In this document: piece by piece, positions 12,897 to 24,692 of the stretch
Layout of the letters: every line of letters starts with the position of its first letter
How positions within the stretch are numbered: position 1 is the stretch's first letter
Source of the DNA: Balanoglossus misakiensis
Taxonomy: Eukaryota > Animalia > Hemichordata
Length of the DNA: 64,000 nt
Direction: 5' to 3'
Assembly (NCBI GenBank): GCA_040954595.2
Contig: CM082587.2
Coordinates: 10,111,403-10,175,402, forward strand
The notes under the pieces: model-generated
What the model was told of the DNA's origin: nothing
What the model saw: only the letters and a program-made list of their open reading frames with translations
Database searches by the model: none
Program-made: the position numbers and the translations under genes

Positions 12897-13220
12897 TAGT
12901 CTCGGTTACCCAGACCCGCTTGCTTCTTCCGTTGGGCACTCCAGAAAGAGAGTCTGTGGAAACCCGGTAGACAAATCGCCGGGCCGACTCGGGACGGATG
13001 CGATGCATGACGGGAGCTTAATATTCGATACGATATTATGATATGACGATATTAGAAAACTATTTACCAAACTTCTCTCTCTCTTTTCAATTTGTAGACA
13101 GTTTTAGCAGGTCTAGCACTTCTCAGCATGTTTTCTTTATCGTATGTCATGTCATACATGTCGGCCGTGAGGTTCGCACGCAGGACGTCGCCATTTTGTA
13201 ATATTAAGCTCCCGAGACTA
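12897..13220. mobile_element. Academ-like element, copy 2 (inverted relative to copy 1, one TIR internally deleted)
   Basis: TAGTCTCGG...CCGAGACTA; 9-bp TSD GTCTATGGC (12888-12896 / 13221-13229); internal sequence is the reverse complement of the 10610-10907 region. Confidence 0.75.
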
Positions 13221-15013
13221 GTCTATGGCTAGCAGTGGTAAAACGGGCCCCTGAACTAGCATACGGCAGCAAAATGTGCGGTTAAACCACAGTCGCGCGT
13301 GTTTAAACTAAATAAATAAAACAAAAATAATGTTGAATTAACGGACGTTTTATTTTGGAACTGCTCTGTGGATATATTTGTCGCTTTGCCACGAGCGATG
13401 CCCGTCTTGTCACTTTTGGTCGTCTGCTTCATGTTTAATGCTCGATCCCGGCCGCTCGTGTTTACATTCATCGTCGCCATGTTGGTTCACGATCGTAATT
13501 TCTCTTTCTGACGCCGTTAAGAAAATGACACTGATATGCCACAAAAACAGTTGTTGGTATAATATAATAGCATTAACCCCCGCCTCAGTCGGGTATACAC
13601 TCGATTTTGGTACAATTCGCTCCATTTAGCACTCGCCTGACGGCTCGTGCTATATGTCTCGAATTGTACTCAGATCTCGTGTATACCCGCCTGCGGCGGG
13701 GGTTATTGCTTAAATAAATTACATATTCACGTATCACGCGTTGTCGAGTTATATCCCAACACTGTCCCTCGCACGCGTCCTCTAACTTTTCTTACAACAA
13801 TGATGCATGTGAAATGTTGCAATGTTGTTGCCACGGTTTCTGGCTGTCACTTCTCATTATTATGTCTGGCTATGCTTGAGAAAATCTCGGGAAAACATTT
13901 GAGTGTGGTTAGGAGGAAACCGAGTCAGCATCTCGTCATGCCTCACTACTATTTAAAAAAAACTACAACAAAAAAACAGGTTAGGACAAAATTCGATTCA
14001 GCATTTCTTCAGAAAAGTCAATAATTCCGCCGATGGTGCTGAGCCAACACCGCTATCAACGCAGCAGCACTGCAGCGAGCGATGTTCAACGTGCACCGCC
14101 TACATGCGATTCCCCAGCGAGCTCCCCAAATGATGTTAATGTACGTAGTCACCGATGGTTCATATTCTCACGAAAACCCTACAACATCGTCGTCTTTGTG
14201 TGAAAGCGAACGTGGCGCCGTAGGATGTGGTCCTTTGGAGGCTGGCATCAGCGATGCAGTTGCAACTCCGACCACGGGCGTCATGGAACAATAAAGTGCA
14301 TGGATAACTTAGCATAGGCCTAAACGAACACACAATAAAATATTTTGTGTTTTTTTGGTGTGAACTACACTCACGAACGGCTACAGCTGGACTTGCAAAA
14401 TATGCGAGCTAGCGAACGCACTAGCCGCGCGGAACGCGGAAGTGATGGCGCAATCTACAATGCACGCGCACGGCCCAGCGCGCGGCAGACGATCGTACGA
14501 GTCTGTTGCTAGCCAAGACAGACGCGCCCGTATACACTATGCAAAGTTTATCAGAATTTGTGGATAGTCTCGCTGCTCGACATCGCGAACTCATAAAACT
14601 TGTGTGCTACAATGATGAACAGGACATTTCCGAGGACAGTGTTGGAGATAAGAATGGACAGTAAACAAATAAAATAAGAACACTGGCTATGTACTGTTGA
14701 CTTGAACAGTTGATCATTGAATTTGATGAAAGAAAATTAACTTTAATCCATTTTCATGAATCAAAAGATAGGGCTACCGGACCATGGTATTTATGTTGGT
14801 TGTCATTTCAATATTCGAGTGTGTTAACTTAATATGCATTATGATGTGGAAAATACACATGTATGTTATAATGGATGTAGTAATTCAGTCTTTGCTTTTA
14901 AGCCGGCAGTGGGGGGGGGGGGGGGGGGGCGGGGGGCGGTGTACATGGTCAACATGTTACCTGGGTTCCCCGGCCATTTACCTATGTTCCCCGACCTTAG
15001 CAAAAACACTGTA

Positions 15014-16139
15014 TAATAATGTGTCTAACATTCTTATATTTTGATTTTCTGAATTTCGTTGGAGAGTGTTGACTTGCCACTTCTCTCGGGGGATTGTAAA
15101 TGAGACATTTCCATTCACGAGCTAAAAATCGCAACCACGTATTGATGATGTTACTAACAGTGCTTGAACTTACACCAAAACGGTCAGCCAGGTCTGCATT
15201 TGTGCTCCCGAGACGCAACTTCATCAGTGTTAGAAGGAATTCATCCTTTTGTCTGAGTCGGCGACTTGGTCCAGATTTTGTTGGCGTCCGGGTAAACCTA
15301 CGCACCTTAGTTGACAGTTTGCTCGGACCCCTCCAGTATTTCAGTTTCGATGCCTTACTTCAAATGACATTATCAAATAAACTGTCAAAAGTTTTTTTGT
15401 TTGGCAATCCTGTAAAAAGTCTCGTTTTCCTATGATCAGAAAGATTTACATGACTGAAGGGCTGTTTGATTTTGTCGTTGATTTTTTTTTCTTCAGATTA
15501 TCGACCTCTCGTTTCAATATACCTGTATATTGTCTCAGCAGGTGAATCTCCCTGTCTTTGGCTTTCAATTTCTCGGCACATATTTCATTTGTACATGTGC
15601 TGGGTTCACAAGGTGGAGAGCAATAATCATGATCGTTTGTAGGCTTATGAGTTATTATGGGTGATGGTGGTGTAAATGACGGCATATTGGCAGAGTCCTG
15701 TGGTGCATCGCTGGTTGTTGGCAAAGATGCGCATTCGCCACTTCCACTATTTCACTCGACTATGTCAACGACCCTGCTCACTGGACTCCGTCTGGACTTG
15801 ATGACGTGCCGTTTAGAATCAACATAGCCGAGGTGCAGAATAGGATCAGGGTGTTCACTCGTTGGTCTACCGTCTATGAGAACAAACCCTGGAATACCTG
15901 TTTGGTTTCCAATTTTTGCCGGTAGCGTCTTTTCGATTGATCAATCGTTGCCATCTGAGTCTCCCTGATGCATCTTTGAGTGCCGTTGGAAACGGGAAAA
16001 GGGCAAATGGCGGAGGACAATTGCACCGACCCTGTCCAAATAAGCAATTGTGATTTGAACAGACCTCTGTCATCCATTTTTCCAACCTGGCGCCACTGTT
16101 TCCACAGCTGACTACGCAGCAATTGCGATGTCCTGGTAT
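15014..16139 (-). pseudogene. Decayed THAP + HTH transposase (ISL2EU / PIF-Harbinger DDE_Tnp_4 type), truncated before the catalytic core
   Basis: Joined fragments read (I)PGHRNCCVVSC...LFPFP...W...INRKD...WKPNRYSRVCSH (THAP), DHDY, a coiled coil, LFTGLP, DEFLLTLMKLRLG..NADLADRFGVSSSTVSNIINTW (HTH_Tnp_4-like) and end at VRHII, just before the expected first catalytic Asp. Stops and frameshifts present; start codon is ATA. Confidence 0.8.
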
Positions 16140-17439
16140 TCTTAGACCTAGATAAAATACAATTTATAATAATTTTCTGATTGTCTATTGGATCATTACT
16201 AGCCCCCCTATAGTCAAAATAACAAGTGGGTCTCACAACATGCAACTCGGAGTGGGTCAGAATGACTTTTAGTGACTTTCAGGCCTGAGAACATCGACCC
16301 AGAAGACGACCGAGACCTTCAGCTGCATCCCCGGCAGCGGTCTTTGTTTTACCGCCAAAACGAGCTGCCGATGCCCGTAACTTGTTACCGATCAGAGAAA
16401 TATTCGAGAATATCGCCAAGGTGCCACATCACAGTTTTTTTTCTCTATTTATGAAACGGCTAACATCTGAAAGTAATTATTTTGAGATGATTCAGACCCA
16501 GTAGAAGTGAACGTAACTTGAACTAGGATAACTTTACCCGGGCCGGCGCCCGGCGACGCGTCGGACGTCGAAGAAGCCCGTAATAATAGTCAGTAATTTT
16601 TCAGTTTTGAAGAGAATAATTCTGCAAAATAGCTGTAGAGGACACTAGTAAATGTAACCGTGTGTAAAATTTAGGGAGGGAGTCTGAAGAAATAATCAAT
16701 ACGCACCTGTTTCGGACGATAACTTCCGTGTTATTGTTGTAGTCGGTGTCTATTGTTTACCCTGGTTACGCAAGAGAGCGCCCGTTAATGCCCACTTGAC
16801 CTTTGCCCCACCCCACAAAGCATCGCGCGTCTGAGATTCGTGATTCGTGTATTGGCTGGAAATTCCGAAGCTGTGATCCTCTTTTGACGCCTAGCTCACG
16901 TTTTTACCTCTTCGCATCTCCCGTAATCTCTATACAAGGGATATCCTATCGATCTCACCTCTGAAATCAAATCGTAGTTGTCCGTTGAGTCTCTCAAATA
17001 ACACCTGTCCGTACTCGGTTGAAGATATATCAGTCTTCCGGTCCATCGAATGAACATACTCCACCAAGTAATTATGTCTCTCTGGTTAAATAACGAAATA
17101 TTAGAAATTAAACGTGCATATAAATTCTATATCAAATAGTATTTCGGTTCTGTTTTCCTATTTGTCTTTTCTGGGCTAGCGGTAAGTGTACAGCTTTATT
17201 CCGCACGGCGCTGGTGACTTTCTGGCTACACTGGGCAGAGTTGCCAAACTCTGGGGAGCGTGCGATTCTCCCGTGTACCCGTACGTTGTTTACGCGGTTA
17301 ACCGCGATCGCTACACGGACCGCAATACGCGATATTCGAGATGCATGAAAACGAAAGATTATTGGGTTTAAACACCGTTTGAGGGCGCTGTATATTTACA
17401 CCCGGTAGGGCTAAAATTCAAAATGGCTGCCGCTTAGAT

Positions 17440-18212
17440 CACGGGCGTCATTTGCCTCTCAAGAGGGCGCCCTCAATGACCTTTGGCTTTTCAGAGACGC
17501 GGTCAAGAGGTCTCTCCAAATCCGTTTCGCTCAACCAATCAGAGCGCTGAAGTGGTGTTCGATTTAGGGGAAGGTAACTGATTCGTCAATGGCGTTCCAC
17601 CGGAAGTATCACCATGGTTGCCTACGTACTTCACAATTTCTTTATTATAGATCGCCAACAATTGAGATAATCCGAATTATTTTATACGTAATCATAATTT
17701 ATGCGTACAAGTGTCGTTTGCTGTTCCGAACGTCTGTTCCACACATATGCCACGTCACGTGACAAGGACGTTACTTACTGATCGAACGTGCACGCGATCC
17801 ATGCATGCGATGGAACTTCTGTCTGGCATATTAGCCAATCACATGAAGCAACATCTTGCATGGTACTAGCCAATCAGAGCGCGAGCTCAAACGGATTTGG
17901 AGAGACGTCTTGCACCGCGTCTCTGAAAAGCCAAAGGGCATTGACGGCGCCCTCTTGAGAGGCAAGGGCGTCATGGAACAATGAAGCACTGTGCACTTCC
18001 GCGTTCCGCGCTGGTGCGTTCGTTCGCATATCATGCGTTTGATCATTAGAAAGTGGGATATTCTGCTGTTGAAAACGTGACAGAGAAGCCGGTAGGCCGT
18101 TCGTAAGTGCAGTTCTCGTTCACACCAAAAACAAAACAAAAACGAAATATTATTGTGTGTTCGTTGAGTTTATTATTTATCCCATACACTTCATTGTTCC
18201 ATGACGCCCGTG
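17440..18212. mobile_element. P-superfamily-like MITE (interrupted by 17452-17965); related partial copy starts at 14273
   Basis: TIR CACGGGCGTCATGGAACAATGAAG / CTTCATTGTTCCATGACGCCCGTG; 7-bp TSD CTTAGAT. Superfamily inferred from CA...TG ends and TSD length. Confidence 0.65.
17452..17965. mobile_element. MITE with long TIRs and 9-bp TSD (Academ-like, TTG...CAA ends)
   Basis: TIR TTGCCTCTCAAGAGGGCGCC...; TSD GGGCGTCAT (17443-17451 / 17966-17974). Confidence 0.7.
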
Positions 18213-18308
18213 CTTAGATGTAAGAAATCGATCGTCTGGAGAAGGAGGCGTCCTATAAGTATTTATTTTTCAAATTTTGGAACTATTAGAAGCGGACACG
18301 TCCAAAAG

Positions 18309-18590
18309 ATGCCTAATTTCTTTTGTAACGCTCCTGGTTTTAATTCTGCCACTGCAAAGCTGGAAAAAACTGCAAAAATATACATGGATGCAAACTGTTA
18401 CTTTCCATCCGTTTCCAAATGAAAGTAGCCTAAGTCTCGGCTGCAGCGATTACAATGGATTCGTATGGTAAGGAGAGAACCGTGTTGGAAGCCCAACAAA
18501 TTCTCAAGGTTGTGTTCGCGACATTTTGAAGGGGGTCAGGGCCCTTCACCTAACCATCCAGTACCAACCTTGTTTGAGTACCACAATGTT
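18309..18590 (+). pseudogene. Frameshifted THAP-domain gene fragment (transposon-derived)
   Basis: Across frameshifts: MPNFFCNAPG...TFHPFPN...QWIRMVRREPCWKPNKFSRLCSRHF...PVPTLF, matching THAP motifs. Confidence 0.75.
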
Positions 18591-18683
18591 CTTTCAAGTC
18601 AAGTGACCCAAAATACTAGTATCTAAGATGTTGATCGCTGGCGGTTGTTATTGGCATTTATTTAATAGTGACCATGATATTTA

Positions 18684-19872
18684 GGGACCATTCAGTTTTT
18701 ACGGCAAGGGGGGGGGGGGGCGGCAAGTTTATGTCATCGGTTCTCAAAATCAGGCCGACCCCCCCTTCACCCAGGACCAAAAATGATGACCCCCCCTTTG
18801 ACAGAACCAAAAATATGATGACCCCCCCCCCACGCCGAAAACATTCGCCGTCCTGATCCTATGTACACTGTATGCAATAAAGGGAATGAGGCTCCTGACA
18901 CCCCAATTATAAATTTCTTAAAGTATTATTGAAGTATATAATAGTATATCGTTGCATTAAAGAAATCTATGAACAAATTAAAATGACAAGTCAATACAAT
19001 AGTTGCTAGAATCGGTAAAACAAGAAAAGTGGCGGGGGTGGGCGTGGGAGGGGGTGTCCCCCACCCACATAAGAAAATTTTGTAAAATACGGTGCTCAAA
19101 GTTGCAATTTAAATGAACTCAAAAGCAAATTAACTCAATGTTAGGTCGGACAAATTTTAATTTTGCCACTCCACTAAGTAAGCATCGGGGGTGGGGTGGC
19201 AAGAAGTCTTCCCTGGTAAACTAGACAAGCCAGTGAAGAACTGCAATGTGGCGAAGAATGGAGGGGGTGGGTGTGGGAGGGGGTGTCCCCCTCCCACGTA
19301 AGAAAATTTTGTAAAATATGTAGCGCAAAGTTACGTTTTAATGAACTCAAAATCAAATTATCTCAATGTTTGGGAGGACCAATTTTACTTTTTGCCACTC
19401 CACTCAAAGTTAGAAGATTTGGCGTCATCTTCGTCATGACATCATTTATAAAACTTCTAGTATATAGAAGATGCAGCGCGAAACTATCAGTTATGCAAAA
19501 TGGTTTAAACAATTATTCTCCTTTATGTATTCACTTTGTTAAATATTATCATCGGTGGGGTAAGGGATTGGGGTGGCAAGCACTCTGCCCTGGTACAAAA
19601 AATGAAATGTGGCGGAGAATGTAGGGGGTGGGTGTGGTAGGGGGTGTCCCCCTCCCACATTAGAAAATTTTGTAAAATAAAGGGCGCGAAACTGCAATTT
19701 TGTGGACTCAAAAGCAAAAGTTCGGTGGCAAAAGTATGTGACCCCCCCTAAACGTTTAAAAAAAAAAAAAACAGATGACCCCCCCCCCCCTTGTGGACTT
19801 CAAAATTTAAGTGACCCCCCCCCCCTGGATTTTGCCGCCCCCCCCCCCCCGGCCGTAAAAACTGACGGTCCC
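18684..19872. mobile_element. PIF/Harbinger-type MITE family C (1189 bp)
   Basis: TIR GGGACCATTCAGTTTTTACGGC / GCCGTAAAAACTGACGGTCCC; TSD TTA; three internal G-rich modules. Confidence 0.85.
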
Positions 19873-20448
19873 TTAGCAGCAATCACCTGAAATGTAAGTT
19901 TTACAACAGTGATAAATATGTGCATCATGCAATAGTTTAGCTCTGTCTCATGTAGTTTAATACTAGTAAATCCTGTGCAGTTCATGTCCACTTTGTTTTT
20001 CTAACATTTCACATTTTAGTGGTGATGTTGCTGACTTTTATTTGTAACTTTTTTATTACAGGGTTGGGAGTTGAAGTTTCAACACCAGTCAGGGTTCGTG
20101 TTAGCGCAGATTATTTACTGCGCGCAAACGTTTCTCATGCGGGCTAAAAGTGGCTATTGATCTGCAGTAGCTAGGCAACTATATCAGTATTATGACTCCG
20201 CTTGCGCTGCGCGTCTGAAATTCTGAGGTAAAACAAACTATGTTGCAAGCGCATCAGGTCATGCGCGTGTCAAAAACAAGTTACCTAAAATGTTACAAAG
20301 TTTGTCCACTCTGCGTACTCATGAACGCTTGCACGACGTTAGCAACGCTATTGATATGCAAATGAGGCCTAACGGTACTAAATTTGAAATAAAAAGTAAA
20401 ATTTGGATGCAATAAAAATAACGGCAAATCGTTCGTTCGTCATAAATC

Positions 20449-21618
20449 ATGGCCGGAAGACAGCTTTCTCTGTTTGACTTTAACGTTTCTAAACGACGCA
20501 AAACAGGATCACCAACACGCGAACCTGTGCAGAACCAGCAGTCTCAGAGTGATAGCGGCTCAAGCGGTGCAGGTGAGACGGGTCTAAATCGGCGTAATTC
20601 GCGTGCTAAGCGGTACCAGCGGGAATGGGAGAATCAGTTCCAATGGTTGACAGTTGACGATCCGTCAACAGCTACTCCAAAGATGATATGTAACGTATGC
20701 AGTCGCACAAAGAAAAAAAACAACAGATTTACATCAGGATGTACAAATTATCAAAGGTCTGCTCTCGTTTTCCATAATGAAAGTAAAGATCATATTGAGT
20801 CACAGAAAGAGCTCACGCTGAAACAGAATTTTGTAGTGGCGGCAAAGAATGCAAGCAAATCTAGCGACGATACCGTGACAGCACAACTTCGTACGGCGTA
20901 CTGGCTTATGAAGGAAGAGCTTCCGTCCCATTTATTTTCAAGTTTATTGAACTTACAACGACTAAATGACTGCCCTGCTGTAGTTGGCGCTAATCTTTAC
21001 AGTCACCACGAAATTGTTTCTGAGATGCAAGATTCCATTGACAAGGTCATCAAAGCTGAAATCAGCACTGAAATCGGACAGAGTAAATTTGTTGGGCTAC
21101 AATTAGACGAAAGTATCGACATCGCTGTTTTCTAGAAATTGGATCTGTATATGAAGTTAGTGTTAAATAGAAGAGCTCAAACGTGTTTCACTGGGAACAT
21201 AAATGTCACTGATGGAAAAGCTGAAACGATCTACCTTGCCGTTTGCCAATATTTCCGGGACAACAATATTCAACTGAATAAGTTGGTCGGACTCGGTAGT
21301 GACGGAGCGGCTGTCATGACAGGTCAGAGAAGTGGCGTTGGCGTGAGATTGAAGGCAGACGTTCCGTATCTCATCCACATTCACTGCCTTGCCCACAGAC
21401 TTGCATTGGTCAGTTCGCAAGCTGCAGCATCGGTGAAGCTAATTGACCAATATCAAGACACAGTCAATCAGGTCTTCCATTATTTTGACGCATCTGCCCA
21501 GCGTTATGAACGACTGCGAGCCATGCAAGATGTTATCGACAGTACGGAGGTGAAATTGAAAAAGCCGACTCCTGTCCGATGGTTGTCTCTAAATGCTGCT
21601 GTTCATCGACAATTATAA
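20449..21618 (+). pseudogene. hAT transposase (ZNF862-like, TTF zinc finger); one in-frame stop, 3' truncated
   Basis: W...F.WL...MIC..C...F..G.......L..H..S..H zinc finger; LQLDESID, GSDGAAVMTG, IHCLAHRLAL and VRWLS motifs. ORFs 20449 and 21139 share a frame, separated by TAG at 21133-21135. The catalytic Glu and dimerisation region are missing. Probable left end CAGGGTTCG at 20090. Confidence 0.88.
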
Positions 21619-22214
21619 TATGCTTGGTGTGAATCCAGCTTGCTGATTGGCTGGAGCCGGGGTTTATATTCTCAACAAGAAGACTCAGCCCAACTTGGCC
21701 CTGAACGGAGAATAGCTAATAAACTCTGCATATGATTGGCTGTGGGATGGTGGACTGCATTTGATTGGCTGTGGGATGGTGGAAATGTCGTCCGCTGCCA
21801 TCAGCTCCTGCAAATTTTGAAATATCAAGACGAGCGCAAAATGCAGCCGGCCACCATGACTGAAAGGCTCGAATCGAATTTTGATCTGAATTTCAACCTT
21901 GAGGAACTTGACGAGATAACTCGGACAGGCGTTATTTCGAATAGTGTGTCTTGCATAACATACCAATATAGGCCTTAGATAGGGACGGTCGATCGGCCAC
22001 ACAAATTATCAGGTCATTATTTCTCCACTTTAATATGGTCACTTTTTGTAGGATATAACAAGACAAAACCGCTCTCTCCCATATAAATTATAAGATCGGG
22101 TCGGTCAATCAGCTGGCCACGCACACAATTATCGTGCCGCGTGCTCTGTGTGTACGCCTATGTGTTAGTGAAGCTTCCGTTTGCTTAATAATCGTAGAAA
22201 TTCAAGTAGTGTTT

Positions 22215-22334
22215 GCCTACGGCCATACCACGTCGAATACACCGGTTCTCGTCCGATCACCGAAGTTAAGCTGCGTTGGGCGTGGTTAGTACTTGGATGG
22301 GTGACCGCCTGGGAATACCACGTGCCGTAGGCTT
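22215..22334 (+). rRNA. 5S rRNA (copy 1)
   Basis: GCCTACGGCCATACC...CGATCACCGAAGTTAAGC...GTACTTGGATGGGTGACCGCCTGGGAATACC...GCCGTAGGCTT; terminal helix I and internal box A/IE/box C present. Confidence 0.97.
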
Positions 22335-23516
22335 GAATTTTTCCTGTTTCTTAACTTTTGCATTAAACAGTCTTCCTTTTTGTCGTCGTAAACGTCCATT
22401 TTTAATTATTTTTTTTTCTCCAAATTCTTTAATTCCATGATCATATATTTTTGTTGAACATAACTTCATAAACCGTTCTCTCCTGTATAACTCTAAGCTA
22501 TAGGCGCTCGATGGACAACATACAAATTACCAGGTCGGGCTCGGAGTGAGTAGTGTCCAGCTTACGTGGGCTTGAATTTTTCCTGTTTCTTAACTTTTGC
22601 ATTAAACAGTCTTACTTTTTGTCGTCGTAAACGTCCATTTTTAATTATATTTTTTTTCTCCAAATTCTTTAATTCCATGATCATATATTTTTGTTGAACA
22701 TAACTTCATAAACCGTTCTCTCCTGTATAACTCTAAGCTATAAGCGCTCGATGGACAACATACAAATTACCAGGTCGGGCTCGGAGTGAGTAGTGTCCAG
22801 CTTACGTGAGTTCATAGTCGCAGAAACTCCAGCGGCTTTCAATTTTGTTTTTTAAGTCCAATTTGGTGTATGATGTTAATATACCATTGGGACCTTATGG
22901 GGTCGGTTACATCTGTATGTCATAAACGTCATTTTTAAAAAAAAAAATTCATCTTTCAAGTGTTTTGCATAACATGCCCAGACAAACCCGTTCCCTCCAA
23001 TATAAGATAGGGACGGTAATTAATTGCAATAGGGGCCTAATAAACAGAGGATGGTCTAAAAGATATCGTTGGTGGTGCTATCCCGGACAGCCAGGGTCAC
23101 GATGGGGTCACGTACGTCTATGATACCGCAAACAAGTCAACTCCACGCTAAATTCAACCTGTCCGCCGGACTGGTAACTTTTTTACTATCAGTCTGATGG
23201 AAAAACAACCAGTCTCGGACTGTCGGACAGGCGTTATTTCGAATAGTGTGTCTTGCATAACATACCAATATAGGCCTTAGATAGGGACGGTCGATCGGCC
23301 ACACAAATTATCAGGTCATTATTTCTCCACTTTAATATGGTCACGTTTTGTAGGATATAACAAGACAAAACCGCTCTCTCCCATATAAATTATAAGATCG
23401 GGTCGGTCAATCAGCTGGCCACGCACACAATTATCGTGCCGCGTGCTCTGTGTGTACGCCTATGTGTTAGTGAAGCTTCCGTTTGCTTAATAATCGTAGA
23501 AATTCAAGCAGTGTTT

Positions 23517-23636
23517 GCCTACGGCCATACCACGTCGAATACACCGGTTCTCGTCCGATCACCGAAGTTAAGCTGCGTTGGGCGTGGTTAGTACTTGGAT
23601 GGGTGACCGCCTGGGAATACCACGTGCCGTAGGCTT
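23517..23636 (+). rRNA. 5S rRNA (copy 2)
   Basis: Matches array consensus. Confidence 0.97.
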
Positions 23637-24572
23637 GAATTTTTCCTGTTTCTTAACTTTTGCATTAAACAGTCTTCCTTTTTGTCGTCGTAAACGTCCA
23701 TTTTTAATTATATTTTTTTTCTCCAAATTCTTTAATTCCATGATCATATATTTTTGTTGAACATAACTTCATAAACCGTTCTCTCCTGTATAACTCTAAG
23801 CTATAGGCGCTCGATGGACAACATACAAATTACCAGGTCGGGCTCGGAGTGAGTAGTGTCCAGCTTACGTGAGTTCATAGTCGCAGAAACTCCAGCGGCT
23901 TTCAATTTTTGGTTTTTAAGTCCAATTTGGTGTATGATGTAAATATATATCATTGGGACCTTATGGGGTCGGTTACATCTGTATGTCATAAACGTCATTT
24001 TTTAAAAAAAAATTCATCTTTCAAGTGTTTTGCATAACATGCCAAGACAAACCCGTTCCCTCCAATATAAGATAGGGACGGTAATTAATTGCAATAGGGG
24101 CCTAATAAACAGAGGATGGTCTAAAAGATATCGTTGGTGGTGCTATCCCGGACAGCCAGGGTCACGATGGGGTCACGTACGTCTATGATACCGCAAACAA
24201 GTCAACTCCGCGCTAAATTCAACCTGTCCGCCGGACTGGTAACTTTTTTACTATCAGTCTGATGGAAAAACAACCAGTCTCGGACTGTCGGACAGGCGTT
24301 ATTTCGAATAGTGTGTCTTGCATAACATACCAATATAGGCCTTAGATAGGGACGGTCGATCGGCCACACAAATTATCAGGTCATTATTTCTCCACTTTAA
24401 TATGGTCACTTTTTGTAGGATATAACAAGACAAAACCGCTCTCTCCCATATAAATTATATGGTCAATCAGCTGGCCACGCACACAATTATCGTGCCGCGT
24501 GCTCTGTGTGTACGCCTATGTGTTAGTGAAGCTTCCGTTTGCTTAATAATCGTAGAAATTCAAGCAGTGTTT

Positions 24573-24692
24573 GCCTACGGCCATACCACGTCGAATACAC
24601 CGGTTCTCGTCCGATCACCGAAGTTAAGCTGCGTTGGGCGTGGTTAGTACTTGGATGGGTGACCGCCTGGGAATACCACGTGCCGTAGGCTT
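24573..24692 (+). rRNA. 5S rRNA (copy 3)
   Basis: Matches array consensus. Confidence 0.97.

Noticed and set aside
21736-21978. 80-aa ORF crossing into the array
   Set aside because: Chimeric read-through across the array junction; no recognisable domain.
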